Below are positions 12,056-22,934 of a stretch of 64,000 bases of DNA, piece by piece. The stretch comes from Octopus bimaculoides. Its lineage: Eukaryota. The position numbers and the translations under genes were made by a program. Location of the stretch: assembly GCF_001194135.2 (NCBI RefSeq), contig NC_068986.1, positions 41,442,965 through 41,506,964 on the forward strand, in the 5' to 3' direction. Numbering within the stretch: the stretch's first letter is position 1; each line of letters opens with the position of its first letter. Below the pieces are notes generated by a model, which searched no databases, was not told the DNA's origin, and worked only from the letters and a program-made list of their open reading frames with translations.

Positions 12056-12530
12056 TAGGCGTGGCTGTATGGTAAGAAAGTTGCTCTGTCACGAGACAGA
12101 TTCATAACAAGATGGAAGCCCGTGGCTAGGAAGCTGGGAGTGTTTGGCACCAGGTAAGTGGGAGCCAAAAACAAGGGAAAGAAAAAGCAAGGGGTCTACC
12201 CTGGTGGTCGGATGCCTATCCTTCAGGAAAGCCATTACAGATTGCGTCTGTAATAAGCAATACTTCAATCGAACATTGTAAATAATTTTTATTGTGTATT
12301 TAAATTTGTAAATATTTAATCGATACAGCTACTTCACCCCTTTTATGTTTGTCTGTCCTTGTTCGTCCCCTCTTTGTAATGCCTTTATGGAAAATATTTA
12401 TGAAATAAAGAAGGTTGCTCTCAACCTCATGGTTCAGGGTTCAGACTCATTTGGGCGGGTACCTTCTACTCTAGCTTCGGGCCTTGTGAGTGGATTTTGG
12501 TAGGCAGAAACTGAATGAATTTTGCCCCCA
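12056..12530 (+). mobile_element. CORE-like SINE (family D) split by an insertion
   Basis: Head ggcgtggctgtatggtaagaaagttgctct resumes at 12422 with caacctcatggttcagggttcag. Confidence 0.75.
12088..12413 (+). mobile_element. 5'-truncated LINE 3' end (L1/Tx1-like) inserted in a SINE
   Basis: TSD GTTGCTCT at 12080-12087 and 12414-12421. Translation SRDRFITRWKPVARKLGV resembles a Tx1 ORF2 C-terminus. Ends AATAAAGAAG. Confidence 0.55.
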
Positions 12531-12779
12531 ACCCTCTGTATTTTAAAGTGTATAAGAAACCCTCTTATATAAAGAAACTTTTGGGGCTTAAAATTTGGAA
12601 AAAAGGTTTTGCAAGTCATTTTAATACTGTCCGTGTATAAGAAACTCCAATATTTTTTAAACCTACTTTTTGACAAAAAAGATAGTTTATACATGTTAAA
12701 ATATGGTATTGGGCAATGGGTGGGGAAAAATGAGTAACTTCTGATTTTTCATTATTTATTCCTTACCTGTCTGAAATAT

Positions 12780-13091
12780 TTACATTGCAAGTATTACATC
12801 ATCATTTTGTACTGTTGCATTGTTTTGGGGAGTAAAAATTAATTCAGCACTGTTGTTGTTGTTGTTGTTGTTAAAGTTGAGAGAGTCCGAATCATAGTCA
12901 GGTGGCAGGTTCAGCATAACTGCCGTCCAATGATTGTAAAAAGATAAAGAATGGAATTTTTTTTGTGAAACGAAGCCTGTTGAGGTGTTCCTTTGTATAG
13001 GTAGACGGAATAATAAAGTACTTGATATTATGTAATACCCAATAAAAGAACTAATGATTATGATTGGAATGTCTTTGATCATCGGACTAAC
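12780..13091 (-). CDS. Putative coding exon of an unknown membrane protein (hydrophobic stretch, PPDY motif, poly-Asn)
   Basis: Long polypyrimidine tract plus cAG at 13092. 104 open codons start exactly at the acceptor. Stop lies 13 nt before a CAG|GTAAGG donor (12766). No homologue recognised. Confidence 0.35.
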   Translation of the reverse strand, partial: VSPMIKDIPIIIISSFIGYYIISSTLLFRLPIQRNTSTGFVSQKKFHSLSFYNHWTAVMLNLPPDYDSDSLNFNNNNNNNSAELIFTPQNNATVQNDDVILAM

Positions 13092-13320
13092 CTGGCAAAA
13101 AAAAAAATGAAAACAACAACAAATTAAAAAGATAGAGACATGGGATCTTTTCTTTTTGGCTTTCACTTTTCAATTCTTCCAATTTTGCTCCAACTGATTT
13201 CAAATTTGATGTATTGATGTAGTTTTGTATGTTAATTATGGAAATGGAATTCATTTTTGCCTTAAAGTAATAAATAAAACGTTAATAGCTTTTAAAGTTT
13301 GCAAATTTTGGGTGGTTTTA

Positions 13321-13366
13321 GCCAATCGAAAGCCACAGACATATCGGTGCCTGTTTCCATAGTAAC
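13321..13366. promoter_or_regulatory. CCAAT box plus candidate RFX X-box (GTTTCCATAGTAAC, 13353-13366)
   Basis: Motif match only. Confidence 0.35.
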
Positions 13367-13422
13367 AAGCCAAGCTTTTGTGTAGTCTGCTTACTCATCT
13401 GTTGCCAACTCATATAACCTTT

Positions 13423-13768
13423 TGTTGTTGTTGGCACTCCGTCGCTTACGATGTTCCAGTTGATCCGATCAACGGAACAGCCTGCTCATGAAATTAACTT
13501 GCAAGTGGCTGAGCACTCCACAGACACGTGTACCCTTAACGTAGTTCTCAGGGATATTCAGCTACAGGCACAACAGAAACAGGAAGTAAGAGTAAGAGAA
13601 AGTTGTGGTGGAAGAGTACAGCAGGGTTTGCCACCATCCCCTGCCGGAGCCTCGTGGAGCTTTAGGTGTTTTTGCTCAATAAACACTCACAACGCCTGGT
13701 CTGGGAATCGAAACCGCAATCCTATGACCGCAAGTCAACTGCCCTAACCACTGGGCCATTGCGCCTCC
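13423..13768 (-). mobile_element. tRNA-derived SINE, family A, with TSD
   Basis: Reverse complement of 7748-8113, (AAC)n tail, TSD TAACCTTTTGT at 13415-13425 and 13772-13782. Confidence 0.9.
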
Positions 13769-14139
13769 TAGTAACCTTTTGTATATGATGGAGAAATTGA
13801 AAACCGAGGAGGATGTGGTTGATTAGGCAGATCTATGATCAAAAGGAACATTCTAATGCTGAATGGTCCACGGTTCTAGAATTATCTAGGACTGTCATAA
13901 TCTAGTATGTCCTTCCGCATTTTATGAAAAAGGACAGCACATGTCTCAGATCGTCAAAGATCTGAGACATGTGATAGTTTGTGCTGGTAAAAATCATAGG
14001 GAAAAGTAGGTTCAGGTGATGTGAGAAGTTGGGTGTGGCCTTCATTGGTGAGAAAACAAGACGGAGCATTTCTTATCTTGTATCTTTTAACTGTTTCAGT
14101 CATGATGGCGCTGCTTTCAAGCGATTTAGTCAAACAAAT

Positions 14140-14415
14140 CAACACTAGTGCTTGTTTGTTTTTAAGCCTGGTAGCTCTGCAGATGAACTGCTAAGTTATG
14201 GGACGTAAGCAAACCAAACACGGGATGGTGGGAGGGCACAGATACACACACACACACACACACACATATATGACGGGCTTCCACAGAGTTTCTGTCTGCC
14301 AACTTCACTCACAAGTCATTGGTTGGTCTGGGACTATAGTAGAAAGCAGTGACATTAGGTACCACATTGAAACCAATGGTTGTGAAGCAAACTTCATAAC
14401 CACACAGATATGCCT
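14140..14415 (-). mobile_element. CORE-like SINE family D (decayed)
   Basis: Colinear with 35424-35801. Confidence 0.65.
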
Positions 14416-14569
14416 TTTGTGATTTTTCTTAAACGATGTTGCTATCAGACGAGAGATTTCCAGGAAAGTATATATATGATTGGTACTTTGTATTCATTTG
14501 TCACTCATTTTATTGCTCAAGGAGAAAAAAAAAAAGATAAACTTAATGAAAATGGAATTTCATTAATAT

Positions 14570-16900
14570 TAGTCCAAATGACTGAACTGCGTGTTACAGA
14601 AGAACTTTTGAAAAATATTTTTTCAAAAAGAAAAGACTTTGAAGGAAAATAATTAATTATAAATGATGGACTGCTTCTTGTGCGGGTGGCACATGAGATG
14701 CACCATTTTGAGCGTGGCCGTTGCCAGTACCGCCTGACTGGCTCCCGTAGGATTTTCGAGCGAGATCGTTGCCAGTGCCCCTGGACTGGCTTGTGCGGGT
14801 GGCACATAAAAGACACCATTTCGAGCGTGGCCGTTTTCGTGCGGGTGACACGTAAAAGCACCCACTACACTCTCTGAGTGGTTGGCGTTAGGAAGGGCAT
14901 CCAGCTGTAGAAACTCTGCCAAATTAGACTGGAGCCTGGTGTTGCCATCCGGTTTCACCAGTCCTCAGTCAAATCGTCCAACCCATGCTAGCATGGAAAG
15001 CGGACGTTAAACGATGATGATGATGATGATGATGATGGCAGACCAATTCCGAAATAACATAACTCATGATATTACAACAAGAAATGTGTCAGACAACTTT
15101 ACATTAATCTATACAAAAGAAAATCAATGGTTAGCTAGAAGTGCTAAGCTAAGTAAGTTGACCATACTTATTTAGTTTAGAAAAAAACAGTTTTGAGTGA
15201 TAAAAGTCGCAACAATTCAAACAATCTACTTTTGGTCATGCTAAAACATAAATGTTCTCCAAGACATAAAGTTTTTGATAGCTCTTAAAACACTTGAGTA
15301 TGTTTGCATTGACTTACAATTAGATAAGTATAAAAAAATAGGGCATGTAATAGCTTAATGAAGAAGTTAGACGAAACATACATTCTGTGGCAATTGACTG
15401 ATATAATTATTTTTCAAGATCGCCAAGAATCATCATTTCGGAGTCATTTTGAATCCAAAGCATCCAATAATCACAGTAATTACAAAAAACTCTTGTATCT
15501 AATCAGTATGATGAAAACTTAGCAAGCCTTCTCGATGCAGCTTTTGATTTCTCTGATCTCTCAAATGGAATTCATAATGACTTCAACAATGCAGTTCAAA
15601 AGGTTGAATAAAGTAGAAAGCATGCTAAATTTGTAGGCACTCTTGTAGATGAAACATCTGATGTATTGAACTATTCCCAACTGTGACCTGTTTTGCATCA
15701 TGTTGTCACAGATTGTGTTACTAAAGAATGATATACAAGTTTTAATGATGTTGGTGCAGATCGTTCAGCAAATGCTTTATCTGAACATGTTTTTAAATGC
15801 ATTGAAACGTGGAAGTGTGAAAACAAATTAATTGCCTAAACTTATGGTACCACTACAATGGCTGGAAATTAAATGGGTTGCAGTCAAACTTAAGAGGGAA
15901 ATATGAATATACTATCTTTGTTCATTGTTATGTCATGTCCTAAATCTAGTTCTTTCACAAGCTTGCTCTGCTATGAAAGAATTGAAGATATTTTTTACCT
16001 ACAATAAATGGGCTGGGTATATTTTTTTACAAAATTACCTAAAAGGGCTAATGCATTAAGTAGCATTGTTAAAAAATATTTCCCAAAGTAGCAGCAACTA
16101 GATGGGACTACTCCTCATGTCTTGTTATTACTACAAAAGAAAATTGTGATTTTATAATCAGCCTTTTTGAACACATAATTGAAAATCCTGAATCTGCAAT
16201 TAGATTCTTACATAAATTAAAAGCTCCCATTTTCTTTTTTATTTTTATTTGAAGTTTTTAATGATACATTTTCTTCCTCTGACATCTTATTTAACATCCT
16301 TCAGACTAAAAGTCATGACATAATGTATTGGAAAAAGCGAATAAATAAACTAGAAAATAACACGTTAGAAACATGCTACAAAATAAACACAATGATTTTT
16401 CACCTTTTTTGATTTGTGAAATGTAAAGGGAAAATGTAGAATTGATGCAATAATCCTAGGAAACCCAGGAATAAATATATCAATCCCCAACAACATCATA
16501 GAATACTCTATAACAAAATTATTGGAACAATAGTCGACTAATAAAAAACACGATATTCATCCTTGGAAGATCTTATACTCATGGAACTTTTCAATTTTAG
16601 TTAAGCTGAAGAATATTGCAAAAACAATTATTTTCTTTTCTTTTTTTTTTATATAATTCGATCATAAAAGGAAGTAAATGTTATGTATTTTATGGAAGAT
16701 TTTAAAAAGCTAAATGTGAGTAATTTAATGCAATACATTTATATCAAGCCAGAACTCTTTAGATCTTCAACAATTCCATCTACAGCTGCCTCTATACAAT
16801 GATCCTTTTCAAGTATAAGAAGTTGTCGATATTATAACGATGAAAATAAAGGGCCATTTCAACCAATTAATAACAATCAATTGTTATAGGTACTTAAATA
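14570..16900 (+). pseudogene. Decayed hAT transposase (ZMYM1/Ac-like), interrupted by an RTE-type insert
   Basis: Fragments ELLKNIFSK..ND|GRPIP, LVDETSDV, FVHCYxHVLNLVLSQAC, ATRWDY and TIPSTAASIQ*SFS, with many stops and frameshifts. Confidence 0.8.
14670..15038 (+). mobile_element. Young RTE-type 3' element (SINE or truncated LINE) with (GAT)n tail
   Basis: ggttggcgttaggaagggcatccagc...ggacgttaaac(gat)n. TSD ATGATGG at 14663-14669 and 15032-15038. Removing the insert restores the N-D-G-R-P frame. Confidence 0.9.
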
Positions 16901-17090
16901 ATTATTGTATGATTTGAAAAAAATTTTTTAAACATATTAAAACATAGTATTTATTGCATGACAAACATCACAAATTGCTGCAAGCCACTGTTACATACAC
17001 ATTCACACACTTATACACATGTATATACATACATACATACATACATACATACATACGCATATAAATACATACATACGTATATAAATACAT

Positions 17091-17406
17091 TGGCCGTTGC
17101 CAGTACCGCCTGACTGGCTCCCGTAGGATTTTCGAGTGAGATCGTTGCCAGTGCCCCTGGACTGGCTTGTGCGGGTGGCACATAAAAGACACCATTTCGA
17201 GCGTGGCCGTTTTCGTGCGGGTGACACGTAAAAGCACCCACTACACTCTCTGAGTGGTTGGCGTTAGGAAGGGCATCCACCTGTAGAAACTCTGCCAAAT
17301 TAGATTGGAACCTGGTGTTGCCATCCGGTTTCACCAGTCCTCAGTCAAATCGTCCAACCCATGCTAGCATGGAAAGCGGACGTTAAACGATGATGATGAT
17401 GATGAT
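17091..17406 (+). mobile_element. Young RTE-type 3' element, second copy
   Basis: About 4 differences from 14715-15036 over about 310 bp. Confidence 0.9.
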
Positions 17407-17407
17407 A

Positions 17408-17505
17408 CGAGGGGTGCTGAAAAGTTCCTGGCTTAAAGGGTATTGTGAAAGGCCTGGTTGGAGATCTAAACTTCCGAGTTCTTTTACAGGGCTTAGAAAA
17501 ACCAT
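17408..17505 (+). mobile_element. Truncated mariner-like MITE
   Basis: TA|CGAGGGGTGCTGAAAAGTTCCTGGCTT terminus; same family as 44995-45203. Confidence 0.7.
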
Positions 17506-17559
17506 AGAAAGATTTCACATTTACAACAATCTGCCTAAATTATTTTCTGGTCACAATAT

Positions 17560-17857
17560 AATACAGTCAGCTTGTGTGTCTATAAGTTAGTGATCAGGTG
17601 AGTGGCTGGTTTTTTGAACTTTGTGTTGGAAATGACTAGGTCATTCGCATCACAGAATTCCAGGAGTCATGATTCCACCTCATTCCTTGCACCATGCCTT
17701 TTGCCTCTCATTTACACTAGTGATACCAATATGGTGTTGCTCAACATGTCCATTAAAACCAGTGGCAATGAAAATTGGGTCATTGTCATTTGTTGAAGAG
17801 ACAGTCAGCAGAGGGCTTCAAAAAAGTGGTCTTCTTGTTTGGCCACCAGCTTAGATT
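17560..17857 (-). mobile_element. RTE LINE AP-endonuclease fragment
   Basis: Minus-strand GFNGHVEQHH...LLEFCDANDLVISNTKFKKPATHLIT. Confidence 0.75.
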
Positions 17858-17860
17858 ATA

Positions 17861-18752
17861 CAGGGTGTCCACAAAGTCTGGGTACATGCAAATTAACACA
17901 TACTTTAAGAAATTATTATTTCTTATATTTAATTGTTTAGGATCTTGTTCAAAACGGGGGCACCAGTTTTCATTTATGTTTTATGTAGTGTTTTTGGTAC
18001 CGAAAGACTTCCAAACTTCGTATACTTATCCATTTTGTGTTATAGAACAGAAAAAATTTTTTGTATTCGGATTTATTTCATGTAAAAAATTGTCTTATTT
18101 CGATAATTTCAACCAATCACTGACAAATATTCAGCTGTTTACACTTACTCCTTTGGCACTTTAGGTGGTGTAAAGCGTATTTAATCTCCATTACTTCTGA
18201 CATTTTGCAGAGGCAACACACGTGTGTTCGTTTTCCCTAACCCTAACCCTAACCCTAACCCTAATTGACTTGCTCCTTCCCTCAAAAACCATGCCTTGTG
18301 CCTATAATAGAAAGGTTTATTNNNNNNNNNNNNNNNNNNNNNNNNNNNNNNNNNNNNNNNNNTTTTTGACAAGGAAATAAGAATCGTTTGTTTACGTAGT
18401 CAGCACCTAATTTTTATGGCTGAATGGACGTCAGTCATTGGTTGAAATTACAGAAATACGACAACTTTAACATGAAATAACTTGCGATGTACGTTTTTTT
18501 GTTAAGAAGACTAAGAGAAAAAGATGTTTTATATGACACATTCTACCAGTGTCCCAAGTTTCAAAGTGTTTCGTTAAGAAAATACTGGTGCCCTCGTTTT
18601 GAACAAGATCCATTGTTTATGTTATGATCTTATTTACTCCATGTACCTACATGGGGATTAACACATACTTTAAGAAATTATTAATTCTTATATTTAATTG
18701 TTTATGTTATGATTTTATATACGCCATGTACCCAGACTTTGTGGATACCCTG
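17861..18752. mobile_element. Tc1/mariner-type MITE, host of a nested insertion
   Basis: TIR CAGGGT(G/A)TCCACAAAGTCTGGGTACATG at both ends, TA TSD, internal duplication of about 85 bp. Confidence 0.9.
17940..18611 (-). mobile_element. Telomeric-repeat MITE (Merlin-like), second copy
   Basis: TIR GGATCTTGTTCAAAACG(G/A)GGGCACCAGT. 8-bp TSD ATTGTTTA at 17932-17939 and 18612-18619. (CCCTAA)5 at 18235-18264. Internal gap at 18322-18361. Confidence 0.9.
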
Positions 18753-19754
18753 TAGAACAAAAATGGAGATAACTGTGCTATGGTACACACATGCACACAC
18801 ACACACACACGTACATACACACATATATGCACACACACACACACATGTACACACTCATACACATTCAAACTCAACTTTGCAAGCAACCCCATATAGGGAT
18901 TAATAATCCCACAAAAGAATTGGGCACAGTAAGCAAAAAATCCTGGCAAACATCAGCTCTAAAATTTGACAAATAACCAAATTAAAACAATAGAACAATA
19001 GTATATCAATTATAGACTGGTTCAATATCATAAAAAATAGAGTCTTATAATTTCCCACTATTGTTAATTTTTATCCATCTATCAGAAAATCCTAATTAAA
19101 AAAAAAAAAACCCCTACACTTTGCTGAAAAGATCATTGTAATTGGCTATCAAGAAATGGACATAATTTTCATGCCAGAAAATCCATTTTATTCCATGAAG
19201 TTTCAGCCTGGGTAAAACTAGAAAGTGACAAACTATTTGGTGTCACTATGTGATGCTACGATGGAGCAGAAACATGAAATAGTAGGGTTTTGCTCAAAAT
19301 AGGCTCATACAGGGATGATGGCATAATCTCTTCCAAAATATGGTTGGGTATGAATTTGACAAAGTCAGAAAATACCTAATAATGAAATTTAAAGAATTCA
19401 ACCAAAAAATAACAGTGGAAACCAATCTAAACATAGTACACAACATTGACACATTAAATCTGAACACTGGAAAACACTGCTCCTATAAAAAAAAACCCTA
19501 ATGAGGTGCCATTATACATAAACATAAAATTAAATCACCGACCATCAATAAGGAAAAGCCTAATTAGCAATATAAGCAGGAGAATATTGGCAATTTTGTA
19601 TAACAAAGAAATACTTGACTAAGAGGCACTCAATAGTGAAGCCCTAAAAACTAGTGGATTCAAATAGCAATTATAATACTTACTTAAGTCAGACAATAAA
19701 CAAAAGAAACCCAGAAAAAGAGACATCATCTGTTTGAACCCATATTTTAGCTTA

Positions 19755-19866
19755 ACTATTGCAACAAATGTAGCATACATCTTCCTAACACTAGTTGCAA
19801 CAAATGTAGCATACATCTTCCTAACACTATTGCAACAAATGCAGCATACATCTTCTTAATACTAGT
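19755..19866. repeat. Minisatellite, about 35-36 bp x3
   Basis: Unit ttgcaacaaatgtagcatacatcttcctaacacta. Confidence 0.9.
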
Positions 19867-20757
19867 TTGCAAGCATTTCCCAACAGAACATAAACACCAC
19901 AAGAGTAATCAACAGAAACGATACAAAAGTTAGCTTCTGCAGCACAAAACACATTAAACACTCCATACAATCACTAAACAACAACATACCAAAGGCTATA
20001 TAACATACTGCTGCCAATTCATGAAATTACACCAAGCCAAGAACATACGCATTACATAGACATTGTTTACAAACAAACTTTGTCTATAAAACAACAATAT
20101 CACAAGTAGAACAAACTCCAAAACACTACATTGACATCACAAGTAGTACCTTCAAAAACAGTTATATGCAGCATTCAACCACATTTTCTGGAACCTAACC
20201 AAAAGAAACACAACATACTTCTCTAAACATATATGGAAGTTAAAAAACAAACATAACTACAAATATAAAATGAGAAATGATATAATGCACAATATCATAC
20301 ATGGTTCTAAAATAGCTTCCTTTCACTGAAGTGGTCTAATAAATCTGAAACATGCCCTGACTTGTTACTTATACTTGTTAAAATCAAATTCAAATAATGT
20401 TAGTAAATTAATATTAATCAGTGCATAAGTCATATCAATTAATTAGATTATTTTTCTTCATTACTTTGTAATAATGGCAGTTCTGGGTAATTTTTCAGTT
20501 ACCTTCATATCATTTAGTTTTTACTGGTGGATTTACATTTTGATTTAATTTGCAAATGATAGTGGCTTAAAATAGCCCATTGTGTGCTAAACCCATCTTG
20601 ACAGGTGGATATTTTATTCAATGTTATATATGTTCAGTCTAACTTGAAGTTACAGTTGTTAAGTATTTTTTTAAAAAACAATAATTCCAAAAGATGTATT
20701 TGTTGTTTAAAATTCCTTTCTTTTTTGTTTACTTATTATAGAAACGTGTCAATATCC

Positions 20758-21255
20758 ATGATGTATTTGGCTATTGGATTGTTGATTCTCTTCGTGGCCC
20801 AGACACACAGCCAAACTGAACCAATGGGCTTAAAATCATATTTAGGATCTGATGTAGTAATGACATGTGTTAATGCAACTATGAATGGAATGCCCAAGTG
20901 GATTCTTCCACATGGTAAAATGGTGGATGAAGAAAAATATGAGATATACAATAAGTCATTAAAAATTAAAAGTGTTACTGAAGAAGACAGAGGAATCTAT
21001 GCTTGCACTTCTAGAGATGATGCAGTATATAACATATACCTACTAAATATGGCTGGCCCTCTATTTGACAGCACTTCTGATAAATACCATACCCAGTTTC
21101 TTATTGGTGGTATAGCAAGTGTAGTTATGTTAGGTATATGTACTATTGTATTGCTTACTTATCATTTTCACTATGAAACCCGGGAGCGTAAACATGGAGA
21201 AGCTGAAGGTAACATTAATAATGGCTTTACAGAATTAGACAGCACGCAACTTTGA
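20758..21255 (+). CDS. Single-pass type I membrane protein with one Ig-like domain, 165 aa
   Basis: ATG at 20758 lies 16 nt after a strong acceptor (ttttttgtttacttattatAG, 20741). Signal peptide MMYLAIGLLILFVAQTHS; Ig hallmarks VxMTC..W..L.I..V..EDRGIYAC; TM FLIGGIASVVMLGICTIVLL; tail ends STQL; AATAAA at 21277-21282. Confidence 0.85.
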   Translation: MMYLAIGLLILFVAQTHSQTEPMGLKSYLGSDVVMTCVNATMNGMPKWILPHGKMVDEEKYEIYNKSLKIKSVTEEDRGIYACTSRDDAVYNIYLLNMAGPLFDSTSDKYHTQFLIGGIASVVMLGICTIVLLTYHFHYETRERKHGEAEGNINNGFTELDSTQL

Positions 21256-22369
21256 TTTCTTTTCTATAAACTTTTCAATAAAAGTAAACTCAAACAAATT
21301 CAAAGCTATGATAAGTGATTGGTTTTATCTAACAGTAATTCACTATTAGGTCTCAAAAGACTTTAAATATTTTTAATTGAAAATTGTGTCTGAAAATATC
21401 ATGAAAACTTTTTTAAGATTTATTAATACTGTAAAAATCTTTCAACAACATCTAAAATGTTTAAATGAAATGTAATTAATCATAGTTAAAAAGAAAAAAG
21501 TTAATGTACAGACTGGAATGAAAAATATAACCTGTATCAATTTTTGTGTACTATGAAAGAACTGTAAACATTTTTCAAAATTGTTGATTTGTGATTTTTA
21601 AACATTAAATTAATGGATACCTTAAATCATAATCATAACAACCATTAACCAGTATGAAATTTGTTCTCCAATGTGAAGGAAATACCAACATAAATGCAAT
21701 TAAGCATTTTAGTTTTGAATATATTTTAATTTAATATTAGCTACTAACTGAATAAATATCATATCTTCAATACTCACAAAATTTGCGCTATATTTTTATA
21801 TGATGTAACCTGTTTGACATTTTCATATTTCACATTTCATTTTGTTATAATGTATAAGATCATAGCTAAATAATAAAACTACCAAGTTTCATTCAGTTAT
21901 TTCATTTTTTTTATTCTGATGACTTCTCCAGGCTATGGATAGAACATTTTTCGTTGAGAATGATACTGGTTTGACAATTTTTAACTTACCTTAATAGAAT
22001 TTCAACAAAATTTTTTTCAATTTCTTCTTTCCCTAATGACAAGAACAGATATTAATTCTCTACAAATTTTAGGACAGATAACAAATGAAAATTTTTATAT
22101 CTTGCCCTCTCCAATCTTATATAATGTAAGTGATGTCTTGTAACCATCTGATTGTTATGTTTTGTGATGTAAATCTCATTGGATGTTGCACGTTTCTCAT
22201 AAATTTCTTTCTTGATAGTTGTACTTTCCTATTTCCAATACTTTCAGTATTGAGGTTACTAATTAGGATGTCTTTATTTTATTAATTTAATTATTATTAT
22301 TAATTTAAATTGGAGAGAAGGTTGTGTTCTTAGTCTTTGCATGTCCTTGTGACTGTTGAACTCAACATG

Positions 22370-22830
22370 GTTATTTTACCACCTGAAAAGTTGCAAGTTG
22401 GTAACTACAGGGTAAGACCACAAAAGGAATTGCAGAGCACAGTATTCTGAGGAGGAAGAAGTGGGTAAATTTGTTACTATGGAACCTGGTGGTGGGTAGG
22501 GACACAGTGTAGATGGGGATAAAAGAGATGAATGAGTTAAGAATGCATGAGTGTAGTTGGCATGAGATCAACCAGAAACCACTATAATAGCTGTTGAAAA
22601 GGCAGCGTAAGGAGACTGCATGTTTTGGACAGATTTCTAAATGTGTTAGTGGATGGTTCATGCCAAGCGTCTGGGTAGCCCTTTTTGTTTGTGGGCAGCC
22701 TTGCCCCAGATGTAGGAGCAATATGCCATTGTGGGAATCACTTGAAAGAGTTAGTAGTTGTTTGATGGTCAAGTATTTACATTGTTTCCTTTTGTTATAA
22801 ATGTGGCAGAATGAGTTTAGAAAATAATGC
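22370..22830 (-). mobile_element. Decayed CR1/L2-group LINE 3' remnant
   Basis: PTMAYCSYIWG...VSLRCLFNSYYSGF...VVLPCSYQLATFQ resembles the CR1-group ORF2 C-terminus. Confidence 0.55.
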
Positions 22831-22934
22831 ATACCTTGTTAAGCCTACTATAGTTTAGAGAGTAGCAAAGGGAATAGTGGGGGTCAAGATAAAAAGTGTG
22901 GTGACTAATTACTTATAGTTAGAAGACTTCATGT

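Noticed and set aside
13090-13250. Minus-strand ORF MNSISIINIQ...KSESQKEK as first exon of the 13091 exon
   Set aside because: Available donors are weak and phase 1, which would create an immediate stop after splicing.
14670-17406. Direct repeats of about 310 bp around a transposase remnant, suggesting LTRs or a composite transposon
   Set aside because: They end in (GAT)n tails, a third copy lies at 63763, and the first has its own TSD inside the hAT frame. They are independent retroposon insertions.
19755-19866. CRISPR-like 35-36 bp repeats
   Set aside because: Contiguous units without spacers in eukaryotic DNA; an ordinary minisatellite.
20605-20757. N-terminal 51 aa of the 216-aa ORF
   Set aside because: Starts at GTG within intron-like sequence upstream of a strong acceptor; the signal peptide begins at ATG 20758.
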